From positions 1 to 64,000 of the IMG/VR virus record IMGVR_UViG_3300028886_000082: 64,000 bases of DNA; one strand, 5' to 3'. Under the pieces are notes generated by a model. The model ran no database searches. It was not told the DNA's origin and worked only from the letters and a program-made list of their open reading frames with translations. A program made the translations under genes and the position numbers. Shown one piece after another: positions 16,596-26,115 of the stretch (its first letter is position 1; every line of letters starts with the position of its first letter). The stretch comes from a virus. Its lineage: Duplodnaviria > Caudoviricetes.

Positions 16596-18244
16596 TTATG
16601 AAAGAACTATCGATAGAACAAAAAGCCCGTAGATATGACGAGGCTATTGAAAGAGCAAATAATCTTCATAAAGATGCAGTTGAAATGGAGAATAACATGA
16701 CAACTAAAACTTGTGAAATTATATTCCCCGAACTCAAAGAGAGTGAGGATGAGAGGATAAGAAAAGCATTAATTAAGTATTTTACTCTAAGTGATGATAA
16801 TGCAGACTATCAATATTGTGGTGTTCCTTGTAAAGATATAGTTGCTTGGTTGGAAAAGCAAGGCAAAGAAACAAGTTGGAAACCATCTAAAGAAGAGATG
16901 GATGTTTTATATGGTTTAGCGTATATTACAAACCAATATGATGAACACAAAGAAGAAGTTATTACTCGTCTTTATCAAGACTTAAAACGAGAATTTTTTA
17001 ACGGTTCAAGTTATGAGAATATGTTTCCTAATACAGAAGATGGTGTAAGACGTAGAAGTACAATACAAGTACTTGAATATGCAAGAAGTCTTGATGCCTA
17101 TAATCAATATGGCAAGGCAGACATTGATAAAAATATTGCTTGGCTTGAAAAGCAAGGTAAGCAAAGGTCTGATGATATTGATAATAAATTTATTAGAATG
17201 CGTGAAACCAAACCAGCTAATATCGCAGAGTTCTTAGATAGACTTACAACCGTTGAGCAAGAGTTCCTTTGGGAACATATTGCTAAAATCAGAGAATTGG
17301 ATAAAGAAGAGCAGAAGCCTGCTGATATTAGAACTACAGGATATTGGAATGTTCAGGATATTGAAATTCCATTTGGAGCAAAGGACAGTGAGTTGCAAGA
17401 AGCATCCTATTATATACCAGAAGGATTTCATGCGGAGATTAATGGTAATAGAGTTATCATTAAAAAGGGTGAGCAAAAGCCTACTGAAACAGTAAAATGG
17501 AGTCCACAAGAAGAGAGTTGTATCTGCCAGCTTGAATCACTTGTTAAAGAACAGTGGAGACAAGCAGAGAGAATGCATAATAGTGTAAATATAAAAAAGA
17601 CGTCAGAACTTATGTTCTTCCTAAAAACTCTTAACCCCAACAAGAAACCTGCTGATAAAGTTGAACCAAAATTTAAGGTTGGCCAGATGATTAAGAAAGA
17701 AGGCTTTAATTTGGGATTTATTATTGTAAAGATTGAGGATGGTTTTTACTATAATGATATGGGTGACTATTTTCCTTTTACTGACCAAGATAACTGGGAA
17801 CTTGTAGAGCAGAAGCCTGTTGAGTGGAGCGAAGAGGATGAAAGAATGTATAGAGGATTACATAATTTAATTTATTCTACTCCATATTGTGATTCAAGAA
17901 AAGAACTCTCTGATTGGTTCAAATCCCTCAAAGATAGAGTACAACCGCAGCCAAAGCAAGAGTGGAATTACAATGATGAAATAATTATTGGAACTATTAT
18001 TCAAGAAATCGAAAAAATTCCATCAGAAAAATTTATTGATAATGCCAAATACAGATGTTTAGATTGGCTTAAATATAGAACAAAATCCCTCAAACCTCAG
18101 AACACTTGGAAGCCGAGTAAAAAGCAACTTGAAGCACTTGAGCATTCTTTAGGTGATTACAATATTAAGGTTTTTGAGGATAGGTATGAAATATTAAAAT
18201 CACTCTATAAAAACTTAAAGAAACTAAGGGAGGGTAAGTTATGA
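16592..18244 (+). CDS. Modular repeat protein of unknown function
   Basis: 550 aa; recurring WLEKQG, WKPS, WSEEDE and KFKVG modules. Confidence 0.75.
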   Translation: MIMKELSIEQKARRYDEAIERANNLHKDAVEMENNMTTKTCEIIFPELKESEDERIRKALIKYFTLSDDNADYQYCGVPCKDIVAWLEKQGKETSWKPSKEEMDVLYGLAYITNQYDEHKEEVITRLYQDLKREFFNGSSYENMFPNTEDGVRRRSTIQVLEYARSLDAYNQYGKADIDKNIAWLEKQGKQRSDDIDNKFIRMRETKPANIAEFLDRLTTVEQEFLWEHIAKIRELDKEEQKPADIRTTGYWNVQDIEIPFGAKDSELQEASYYIPEGFHAEINGNRVIIKKGEQKPTETVKWSPQEESCICQLESLVKEQWRQAERMHNSVNIKKTSELMFFLKTLNPNKKPADKVEPKFKVGQMIKKEGFNLGFIIVKIEDGFYYNDMGDYFPFTDQDNWELVEQKPVEWSEEDERMYRGLHNLIYSTPYCDSRKELSDWFKSLKDRVQPQPKQEWNYNDEIIIGTIIQEIEKIPSEKFIDNAKYRCLDWLKYRTKSLKPQNTWKPSKKQLEALEHSLGDYNIKVFEDRYEILKSLYKNLKKLREGKL

Positions 18245-18492
18245 AAGCAAACGAAGCACCAGAGAAGATATATATTCAGCCAAATGCACATGATGGTTGG
18301 TTTGAAACTAACAACCTCACTGAATCACTTACTGAATATATCCGCACTGATGCCTTTATCGAGAAGGCAACGCAGTTTTTGTATGATTACAATCAAAAGC
18401 AAGTTCTAAAGCATGGAGCAAGGGCAACTCTTGGTTGCGGCGAATATACTATCAATGTTGATGAATTTAGAAAATATCTGAAAGGAGAATAA
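18241..18492 (+). CDS. Hypothetical protein
   Basis: MKANEAPEKIYI...EYIRTDAFIEKA. Confidence 0.6.
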   Translation: MKANEAPEKIYIQPNAHDGWFETNNLTESLTEYIRTDAFIEKATQFLYDYNQKQVLKHGARATLGCGEYTINVDEFRKYLKGE

Positions 18493-18496
18493 AGTT

Positions 18497-18655
18497 ATGA
18501 AATGTCCAGAACCAAGCATTAAAGACCCCTGCTATTTCTGCTACAACGGAGTGTGCTATGCCACACACTGGTGGGAGTGTGCCAAAGGGTTTAAAAAGCC
18601 CCATGAAGGAAAGAAAGGTAATAAGAATAATAGATATTGTAAGAAAGGAAAATAG
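18497..18655 (+). CDS. Small Cys-rich protein (52 aa, not in ORF track)
   Basis: MKCPEPSIKDPCYFCYNGVCYATHWWEC... Confidence 0.5.
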   Translation: MKCPEPSIKDPCYFCYNGVCYATHWWECAKGFKKPHEGKKGNKNNRYCKKGK

Positions 18656-18656
18656 T

Positions 18657-19187
18657 ATGTCAGACAAAGAGAAACTAAAAGAGATTAAGAAACTTGCAGA
18701 TGCAATGTACTATGCTGCACAGTATCTTACTACTGATGCTTCAAGGTTGCACAAGGCTATGGATGACTACCATCAATTCATTATTAATGAGTATCACAAA
18801 GAAGAGCCTGTAAGCGAGGATTTAGAAGACTTTGCAAAAAGGCAGGCAAATGTGTTTGCAGAACGTGAATATGAAGTTACTTATGATAAAGCTTACCTTT
18901 TCAAAGGTTACTATTGGGGTTGCAAGGCTGGTGCTGAGTGGCAGAAAAAACATCTTTGGAAGCCTGTCGATGGTGATGAACTACCAGAAATTGACAGAGA
19001 GGTTATTGCATTGCTTGACAATGGCAAGGTAGTGTTTGCACATAGACCTCCAGAGTATTGGGATGGTAAGGATATTGTTACAGGTAAGGTTACAAGAAAC
19101 TATCCTAAGACCTATGACAAAGGTGGATGGAATATCCCGAATGTTAAGTATTGGTTAGATTGTTCGTTACCAAATATGGAGGATTGA
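18657..19187 (+). CDS. Hypothetical protein
   Basis: Likely ATG at 18657 (MSDKEKL). Confidence 0.6.
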   Translation: MSDKEKLKEIKKLADAMYYAAQYLTTDASRLHKAMDDYHQFIINEYHKEEPVSEDLEDFAKRQANVFAEREYEVTYDKAYLFKGYYWGCKAGAEWQKKHLWKPVDGDELPEIDREVIALLDNGKVVFAHRPPEYWDGKDIVTGKVTRNYPKTYDKGGWNIPNVKYWLDCSLPNMED

Positions 19188-19189
19188 TT

Positions 19190-19339
19190 ATGAAATGGGA
19201 ATATAAGAAAACGGGAGGATTAGATGAGGCTGCTATGAATGAACTTGGAAAACTCGGATGGGAACTTGTTGCAGTTATCGGACAGAGTACAGGTTTAACA
19301 GCAACAATGTTTTTTAAAAGACAGATTAAGGAGGATTGA
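19190..19339 (+). CDS. DUF4177-like small protein
   Basis: WEYK...NELGKLGWELVAV. Confidence 0.7.
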   Translation: MKWEYKKTGGLDEAAMNELGKLGWELVAVIGQSTGLTATMFFKRQIKED

Positions 19340-19342
19340 ACT

Positions 19343-19609
19343 ATGAGTAAGGCAGAAAAATTTATCAGCGATTGCACAAGGAATTGTAGCAATTATACGG
19401 GAGTGATTAACAAGAAAACTTACGAGGGTTATTACGTCCATTGGCTAACCCCTGACCAAGCAAGAAGGGCTGTGGAGATTGCAAGAGAAAAAGCTATTGA
19501 GAAAGTAAAAGAACTGCTGCTTTCAGAAGTTTTACCATGCTTCATGCACGGTGGAGAAGCTGATGAAGTGGTTGCAATGTTGGACTATAAAATAATGAAA
19601 GATGAGTAA
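19343..19609 (+). CDS. Hypothetical protein
   Basis: 88 aa; WLTPDQARRAVEIAREK. Confidence 0.6.
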   Translation: MSKAEKFISDCTRNCSNYTGVINKKTYEGYYVHWLTPDQARRAVEIAREKAIEKVKELLLSEVLPCFMHGGEADEVVAMLDYKIMKDE

Positions 19610-19892
19610 GGCGAAAGATTTAGCAAAAGAGTCATATCCAGATTGGGAAATGACTGGTGTTCCTAATTTTGATGGTCAAGAGGAATCAATGGTCAGAGTC
19701 CAAAGAGTAGCTTATGTTGAAGGCTACCACCAAGCAGAGAAAGAACTGATTGATAAAGCTGTCGGGTGGATTAAAGAAATCAACAACCATCACCACATTA
19801 TGAGATATTCAGATTCTTGCGAGCCACCTCTTAGTGAATTGATTGAATGGTTCAAGAATTATATGAAGGAAGAAAGCATTAACTCAAAATAA
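19602..19892 (+). CDS. Hypothetical protein
   Basis: 96 aa; YVEGYHQAEKELIDKA. Confidence 0.6.
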   Translation: MSKAKDLAKESYPDWEMTGVPNFDGQEESMVRVQRVAYVEGYHQAEKELIDKAVGWIKEINNHHHIMRYSDSCEPPLSELIEWFKNYMKEESINSK

Positions 19893-19894
19893 TT

Positions 19895-21568
19895 ATGGGA
19901 ATAGCAATTTTAGTAGTAGCAGTCCTTGCAATAGCAGGAGCAGTAGTGTGGTTCTTCTTGAAGAACAAGAAAGAGCCAAGTGTTAAACCAGAGAAGCCCT
20001 CAGAGCCCGTCTCACAGCCTTCCAACCCACCTGTGGATGAAGTGCCAGCAGAAGAGGAGAAAGAGCCTGAGAAGCCAAAGGATGAGGAGATTAAGCCAGT
20101 GGAGGAAGAGAAGCCAGTAATCTCCAAACCAAAGCCTGATGCGCCAAAGCCTCCTGTTGTAGAGGAAAAGCCAAAGTATGACGAGGAGTTTGAGTCTTAT
20201 ATAGGTAAGTATAGCAAATTTGCCAAAATAGAGAGGGATTCTTCAACGTATAAATGGTTCTATGAGTTGTTCCGTGAGGCAAAGAGCCAATTGAGAATAG
20301 ACACCTGTCATGGTTTGCCTATCCTTTTGAAACAAGAGAATTTCCCCACTCTCTATGAATGGGGAGACGAGGGTGATGCACAAAAGGCACAAGATACTCT
20401 TATTGGTTGGCTGTTCTCACTGCAACTTGCAGAATTGAAGCCCTATTACAGGGCTGACATCTTCAAGGTAGGCTATGAGATGGGTGGCTATGACAGGTAT
20501 TCCAATATCTATGGTTGGAAATTTGAGTATGACCCCAACATCATGCGTATATTGGCAGGTGCTATCTACCCTGCAATGAAAGGCTACTGTAAACCTGTGA
20601 CAGAGACTTTAAGAAGAGAGGTGGAAGGCACTCGATATAACAGCACCTTACAGCAGCTCTATGACAACAATAGCCGTGACAATGTTGCTCCAAATGCTTT
20701 CTTCACTGACTTCAGAGTATTCATGCCCACAGCCCCTGCTCCTTATGCCCCTGCTTACTCAAAGAGACCTGACAGGACATACCCCAATGAAGAGAGGGAT
20801 GAGTATGACAACCTCAAAGTGGATAGGCAGATTCATGAAATGATTGTAGAAGCTTATAACCTCAATCAGCCAGAACATTATCAAGAGACTGTGCAGGCAA
20901 TAGCTGACAAGGAAGTAGAAGCCAAACACATGTTTGGCAAGAATAGACAGACCAAGAACTATCAGTTCCACCCTGTATTTGGTGAAGATACCATTGGTAT
21001 TGAATTGCCAGATGAAGGGGAACTTGCCTCATTTGCCTACCTTGCATTCAGGACTGGCAGCTCTTCAAGAGGAATCATGCAGAGTGCAACAACCAATCCA
21101 GTGCAGTATGGAAGATTAAGACCTGGGTGCAGTTGGAATCAGGAGGGAAAGAAGAACTCAACAACAGATGATAGAAGGAATATCCTCACCAACTTTGAGA
21201 TTGAGGATGGTGACGGCTCTCCAACAGGCTACTACGATGCAAATGGTAATTGGGTCTATATGGACAATATCCACAACCCCGAAGAGTATGAGGAATACCA
21301 GAAGAATGCTCTCTATGCCAACTCATACCCAAGTGGTCATTCAAGTGGTATGTTCTGTGCTGCTATGCTTCTGGTGGAACTCATGCCAGACAAAGCAGAT
21401 TTAATCCTGAGAGCTGCAAACCAGTATGCAGTGAACAGGACTATATGCAGGTATCACTGGACAAGTGATACTATCAATGGAAGGGTGTTGGGTTCTGCTA
21501 CCAATGCAGTCTGTCATGCAGCATCTGATTATTACTCAATGCTTGATAAGATAAAGAAGGAACTATGA
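19895..21568 (+). CDS. Membrane-anchored PAP2-superfamily phosphatase (acid phosphatase/haloperoxidase fold)
   Basis: N-terminal TM helix, Pro/Glu/Lys linker; YGRLRP, SYPSGH, NRTICRYHWTSD motifs. Confidence 0.8.
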   Translation: MGIAILVVAVLAIAGAVVWFFLKNKKEPSVKPEKPSEPVSQPSNPPVDEVPAEEEKEPEKPKDEEIKPVEEEKPVISKPKPDAPKPPVVEEKPKYDEEFESYIGKYSKFAKIERDSSTYKWFYELFREAKSQLRIDTCHGLPILLKQENFPTLYEWGDEGDAQKAQDTLIGWLFSLQLAELKPYYRADIFKVGYEMGGYDRYSNIYGWKFEYDPNIMRILAGAIYPAMKGYCKPVTETLRREVEGTRYNSTLQQLYDNNSRDNVAPNAFFTDFRVFMPTAPAPYAPAYSKRPDRTYPNEERDEYDNLKVDRQIHEMIVEAYNLNQPEHYQETVQAIADKEVEAKHMFGKNRQTKNYQFHPVFGEDTIGIELPDEGELASFAYLAFRTGSSSRGIMQSATTNPVQYGRLRPGCSWNQEGKKNSTTDDRRNILTNFEIEDGDGSPTGYYDANGNWVYMDNIHNPEEYEEYQKNALYANSYPSGHSSGMFCAAMLLVELMPDKADLILRAANQYAVNRTICRYHWTSDTINGRVLGSATNAVCHAASDYYSMLDKIKKEL

Positions 21569-21640
21569 TGTCAAGTGGCTTGTTTAGGGTGTTTTTTGTC
21601 ACCATAGTATTAATTATTATATTTTTTATATTTGATAGAA

Positions 21641-22156
21641 ATGAACCAGACAGACATTGATAAAGCATTCGAAGGAAGATGGCGAATGAAGGGGTATATC
21701 CTCGAAAATATAGACGGAAAAGCTGCAATGGAAATAGCAAGAGATTTCTTTGAGGCAGGAATTTTACTTGCAGGAGAAGAAGAACTTCCAGTCTGGAGAA
21801 AGCCCACTACAATAGTTGAAGCTGATATACCACCGGAATGCCTAGTAAGAGAGTCTGACATACTTACAGTTGAGGACACTTTTAACAAGTGGTGGGATCT
21901 CTACGACCTTAAATGTGGCAAGGAGAACTGCATGAAAAAGTGGAAAAAGCTTACTGCATCGGAACAAATTGATTGTATTAAGGCAACTCCGGCTTACGTT
22001 GCATCTACCCCTGACAAACAATTCAGAAAGCGACCTCTTACATATCTCAATCAGAAAGCATGGAACGACGAAATAATAATTAAAAACAATGGAACAAACA
22101 AACCTACCGCAGACCAGCAGCGCCTTGACCGCCTTGCCGACATCCTCTCTGAGTAG
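21641..22156 (+). CDS. Phage replication initiator-like protein
   Basis: FNKWWDLYDLKCGK...KWKKL...PLTYLNQKAWNDE C-terminal motif; likely ATG at 21641. Confidence 0.65.
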   Translation: MNQTDIDKAFEGRWRMKGYILENIDGKAAMEIARDFFEAGILLAGEEELPVWRKPTTIVEADIPPECLVRESDILTVEDTFNKWWDLYDLKCGKENCMKKWKKLTASEQIDCIKATPAYVASTPDKQFRKRPLTYLNQKAWNDEIIIKNNGTNKPTADQQRLDRLADILSE

Positions 22157-22721
22157 CCCGGATAAGATTGCCCGTGCCATTCAGTCTTTTGGTGACGATT
22201 ACCGCGAAATGGTTTTTTGCAAATACCAGAAGCCGATGGGAATCACCAAGGCTGTAGAGGCTAAGGCCCCTACCTTCCACGATGTATCTGCATTTTGGGG
22301 TGAAAGTAGTACCAGGTTTTGGCTGCGTTTCCATATTGCTGAGACCTTTGCTTTCCTTGGTATTTACGATACCGCTTCAAAGTACCAAGTGCAACATACT
22401 GCCGATCTTATCATGCAGCATGAAATTTACGGTCAGCTTACGCTCTCTGAATTCCTCTGCTTTCTACAGCGCTTCAAAATGGGGGCTTACGGAAAGATTT
22501 ACAATTCGGCTCGCCCTAACCCGCAGGAGTTCTTGATGTGCCTGCAACCTTTCTGGAATGAACTATGTCACGAACGTGCCAAGGCAGCAGAGAAAGCTCG
22601 CCAAGAACGTATATCCCGCGAACTCCATAACCCAGATAATATGACAAGGGAAGAGTACGACGAAATCATGATGCTGCAGCGAATGTACGAAATGGTGATA
22701 CCAGGAAGAAAGAATCCCTAA
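22089..22721 (+). CDS. Putative helicase loader/inhibitor-like replication protein
   Basis: LTLSEFLCFLQRFKMGAYGKIY; follows the initiator-like gene. Confidence 0.55.
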   Translation: MEQTNLPQTSSALTALPTSSLSSPDKIARAIQSFGDDYREMVFCKYQKPMGITKAVEAKAPTFHDVSAFWGESSTRFWLRFHIAETFAFLGIYDTASKYQVQHTADLIMQHEIYGQLTLSEFLCFLQRFKMGAYGKIYNSARPNPQEFLMCLQPFWNELCHERAKAAEKARQERISRELHNPDNMTREEYDEIMMLQRMYEMVIPGRKNP

Positions 22722-22723
22722 AA

Positions 22724-22763
22724 CAAAGCCCAACTACCTTTATTGGTGGCTGGGCTTTTTTTA
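22724..22763. terminator. Bidirectional terminator between convergent operons
   Basis: AAAGCCCA...TGGGCTTT stem with flanking A and T runs. Confidence 0.7.
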
Positions 22764-23177
22764 TTCGTGACACTTCGGACAAACCGCCATAGCTACCGCC
22801 GGAAATAGATTCCTGGCGATTTCCCCTTGTAGATAAGCAGCAGTTTCACTCTTGGGGTTTACGCCATAATAGTCGCTAATATGCTCCACACAATGCTTTA
22901 GTTCGTGCATGATGGTATCAAACATTTCGTCAGCTGATGTGGTCTCGCTGGCGAATAACAACGTAAACTGCCCCTCTGGAGAAGTAAACGCATAGCCGTT
23001 GTTCTTCCTTGAAAGTACCATGCAGGCATGACGTGCTTCATCATCCGGGCAACCACTTGCCATCAATGCATTATAGATATCACCAAGGTTCTTTTCCTTG
23101 ATGTCGAAGCTGGCCATGATCCACCAGTCACGTTCGCCTATATAAAACCCAGTCTGTATCATAGCATTCTTTCCCAC
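22761..23177 (-). CDS. Putative zincin-type metallopeptidase (HExxH)
   Basis: HELKH followed by ETAAYLQGEI. Confidence 0.65.
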   Translation of the reverse strand: MGKNAMIQTGFYIGERDWWIMASFDIKEKNLGDIYNALMASGCPDDEARHACMVLSRKNNGYAFTSPEGQFTLLFASETTSADEMFDTIMHELKHCVEHISDYYGVNPKSETAAYLQGEIARNLFPAVAMAVCPKCHE

Positions 23178-23548
23178 ATAATAGGGATTCCCTTTACGTC
23201 CATTTTTGCCCTAAAACACGCAAAAACAAACTCCGTGGAACCATCCGGATCACAAAGAGTGTCCTTTACGTATAGGGCAACGTGGGTTTTGTCGGATAAA
23301 CTGCTGCCTAAGAAATCGGCTCGCGCCATATTGGCGACATACCAACAATCATAAATACACTCCTCTCCTATCTTGTTTCGGAAAGGTGCAATCATGCTCT
23401 CCACCTCTTCTATTGTATATGGCTCTATTCTCTTTCCATCACGCTCCATCATGGATATGGCCCACTCTGCCATCTTCTTCGAGAAATGGCCTTTATAGTG
23501 ATCCATATACTGAGCCTCTTCTTCTGTAATGATATATCTTACTTCCAT
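23159..23548 (-). CDS. Conserved hypothetical phage protein
   Basis: 129 aa; YVANMARADFLGSS...DPDG. Confidence 0.7.
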   Translation of the reverse strand: MEVRYIITEEEAQYMDHYKGHFSKKMAEWAISMMERDGKRIEPYTIEEVESMIAPFRNKIGEECIYDCWYVANMARADFLGSSLSDKTHVALYVKDTLCDPDGSTEFVFACFRAKMDVKGIPIMWERML

Positions 23549-23602
23549 ATCAAAAACGCATTTATTCCAATTTTAAACCTTGATTTTGTAACTTTTCCGC
23601 AA

Positions 23603-23640
23603 AAAGGGCAGATACAAACCCCGAAAAGTCATATCTGCCC
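23603..23640 (-). terminator. Intrinsic terminator
   Basis: GGGCAGATA/TATCTGCCC stem followed by a T-run on the minus strand. Confidence 0.6.
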
Positions 23641-23649
23641 TCATTTTGT

Positions 23650-23916
23650 CTATCGTCCATAACGGGAATGAGAAGAACCCATTCTCATACCAGACTCACT
23701 GCCCTGCGAAATCTGTTCTTGAGCGTCTTCGAAGCCGTGCTTGTAACCCTCACAGTAACCTTCCTCGTACTTATCGTCCTTGTAGTTACCCATGCGGTAG
23801 TCACCTGCACCTGGGTTGCCATCCATACGACGGAAACCGTTCTGCATCATTTTCTCACGCATTTTCTCACGCATCTCGTCGCTACCGTTTTTGCTGTCTA
23901 CAATGATATAACTCAT
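23650..23916 (-). CDS. Low-complexity Met/Arg/Gly-rich hypothetical protein
   Basis: 88 aa; YEEGYCEGYKHG. Confidence 0.65.
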   Translation of the reverse strand: MSYIIVDSKNGSDEMREKMREKMMQNGFRRMDGNPGAGDYRMGNYKDDKYEEGYCEGYKHGFEDAQEQISQGSESGMRMGSSHSRYGR

Positions 23917-23946
23917 AGTTTTGTCCTTTCTTTACTTTAGTGGATA

Positions 23947-24459
23947 TTAAGGAGCCTTGGGGGCAATCTTCTGCACCAGTGCGTAGATGTCTGATAGCAT
24001 TTTCTCTTGCTTGTCTGCACGTTCCTGCAAGTCTTGAATGGTTTTTGCCTGCTGCTTGTTCTCAGCGTACTGAGGATTCAGGGTTTCCATCATCTTCTCG
24101 CTTTCTGCAATTACATTCTCGTGGTAGGGTATTTGCTCCAAGGCCTTCTTTGAGGTCTGCAGCATGGCATCTACGGCTTGCAGCATAGCCTCACGGCTTC
24201 CGCTGAAGGTGACGTTACCTCTTTGTGCTATTTCTACATTGATAGGAATCTCACCAAAGGTTTCATCCTTGCCGTTGATGGTCGCTACCACGTCAATCAC
24301 TTGCTGCATCTGCATACCTTGCATGAGGTTTGGGGTCTGCGTAGGGAACTTTGCCCTCGGTTGACCCTTTGACTTTACTACACCGACTTCTAGCACCGGC
24401 TTTTCTCCTTGACGGAGAATATAGAACGGACTGCCTTGTCCTAAACTCTGAAAATCCAT
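23947..24459 (-). CDS. Hypothetical protein with a C-terminal coiled coil
   Basis: 170 aa. Confidence 0.7.
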   Translation of the reverse strand: MDFQSLGQGSPFYILRQGEKPVLEVGVVKSKGQPRAKFPTQTPNLMQGMQMQQVIDVVATINGKDETFGEIPINVEIAQRGNVTFSGSREAMLQAVDAMLQTSKKALEQIPYHENVIAESEKMMETLNPQYAENKQQAKTIQDLQERADKQEKMLSDIYALVQKIAPKAP

Positions 24460-24490
24460 AATTCTATACTTTTTGATTGATAACTCTTTT

Positions 24491-24829
24491 TTACGCTGGT
24501 ACGTTCATCAACTGGAGCACCCCATTGAATCTGTCATTGAATATCAGAAGTACACCCGTCCCCGTGATGTCGGCAGCTGTTACGGCTGATCCGTCCATAT
24601 TCGTAAGGTTGCGTGTAGAACCGTTCAATGTGATAGTAATGGGTAGTGTGCCAGTCGTGCCCGTAGGAATGGCATTGGTGATGCGTACCGTAAAGTAGCC
24701 CACAGGGGGCAGGGGGCGACGGATGAAGCCAAGAGCAAAATCAACGGCCTCTGTTCCTACAGTCGTGTTTGTAGTTGAGATATAGGGAATGCCGCCCATA
24801 TTGGTTATGAAGCTATTGTTGCAATTCAT
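24491..24829 (-). CDS. Beta-rich hypothetical protein
   Basis: 112 aa, Thr/Val/Gly-rich strands. Confidence 0.7.
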   Translation of the reverse strand: MNCNNSFITNMGGIPYISTTNTTVGTEAVDFALGFIRRPLPPVGYFTVRITNAIPTGTTGTLPITITLNGSTRNLTNMDGSAVTAADITGTGVLLIFNDRFNGVLQLMNVPA

Positions 24830-24846
24830 AATCCTGCCCTCCTTTC

Positions 24847-25737
24847 TTAGAACGTACCGAATCCGTATCCGTAGGCACCCATATACGGAGTGTTGTTCAC
24901 AGCCGTAAGGTTAGGCCACTGAACAGGTACGGTGTTAGGCTGCTTGTCGGCAATCTCGGTCACCTTAGCTGCAAGTGGAGCAATCAGTGAGTTCACGTAA
25001 CCAGTGATCTGTGCGGTCTGCTGGGCGTTGTCAATCTGTCCGCGAAGCTGGGTGATAATCTCTGCCTGCGTGTCAATCTTGGCCTGCATATCACGCTCAC
25101 GGGCCTGACAGAACTGATCGTTCATGGCTACGGTCTGCGCGTTAATAGCTGCAATCACAGCGTTGTTGTTGCGGTCTGCCTGACTTGACAGCTGGTTCGT
25201 CTGATTCAGAGTTGCAATCTGACTCTCATAACCCTGCTGAGTCACGAGCAGCTTGTTCTCGCAGCAACACTGAGCAAACTTCGAGGCTAGGTCACAGTTG
25301 CCTGCCTGGATAGAGTTGATGACCTGCAGTGTGCTCATGCCCTGCTGTGCGGCAAGTGTAGCGAGCGAACTCTGAACGTTCTGAACTGCGCTGTTCACGG
25401 TTGCATAGTCTTGACCAAGCATGGTTGCAAGGTTCTGGATGGCTGATCGTGAAGCCTCACCATTGCTGTTGATGGCGTTCATGATCAACTCACGGCCAGA
25501 ATCGTTGTTCAACTGGTTGCTGATAAAGCCTGCGCCGCCTGCATTACCTCCCCAGCCGCCACCGAAGCCGCCGTTGTTCCAACCGAAGATGGAGGCAATG
25601 ATTGCCAGTCCGAACAAGTCTACGATACCATTCATGCCGTTGCCGAAGCCGAAGCCTCCGTTACCCATACCGCCAATGGGGATGGTGAATTGTGGCGTAT
25701 TGCCCGAATTTTCGGGAATCTGATAAATATCTGCCAT
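24847..25737 (-). CDS. Gly-rich, Gln/Asn-rich coiled-coil protein with a CC motif
   Basis: 296 aa; GFGFGNG, hydrophobic LFGLAIIASIFGW, AQCCCEN. Confidence 0.75.
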   Translation of the reverse strand: MADIYQIPENSGNTPQFTIPIGGMGNGGFGFGNGMNGIVDLFGLAIIASIFGWNNGGFGGGWGGNAGGAGFISNQLNNDSGRELIMNAINSNGEASRSAIQNLATMLGQDYATVNSAVQNVQSSLATLAAQQGMSTLQVINSIQAGNCDLASKFAQCCCENKLLVTQQGYESQIATLNQTNQLSSQADRNNNAVIAAINAQTVAMNDQFCQARERDMQAKIDTQAEIITQLRGQIDNAQQTAQITGYVNSLIAPLAAKVTEIADKQPNTVPVQWPNLTAVNNTPYMGAYGYGFGTF

Positions 25738-25877
25738 AATGTTTTGTTGTTTTTAATTTTGTAAATTGTTGAAAAACTCTCGTGGTGTCGTTGCGCATTG
25801 ACCCCACAAAGATACCGCTAAACATTATGGTTTCTGTTACCCTTGCAACCCTTTAAGACCTCGTTTGGTGAGGTCAT

Positions 25878-26105
25878 TTAACATTCCGAATCTAACCTTT
25901 TGATAGCCCTTTCAACCGTTTCTCTGCCTATGTGGTAGTCTTCCGCTAACAATCTGACACATTCGCGGTACTTCACACCGTTCCGTCTCATTATCTGGAA
26001 CTCTTCATACATCTTCACGAATCGCCAATCATCCCTGTTGACCTCATTTTCTGACATCAACTTTAACATTTCACCACCGATTTTCAATAATTCTACCACT
26101 TTCAT
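25878..26105 (-). CDS. Small HTH regulator (Mor-like C-terminus)
   Basis: LLAEDYHIGRETVERAIKRL; likely ATG at 26105. Confidence 0.6.
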   Translation of the reverse strand: MKVVELLKIGGEMLKLMSENEVNRDDWRFVKMYEEFQIMRRNGVKYRECVRLLAEDYHIGRETVERAIKRLDSEC

Positions 26106-26115
26106 AGTGCAAAAT

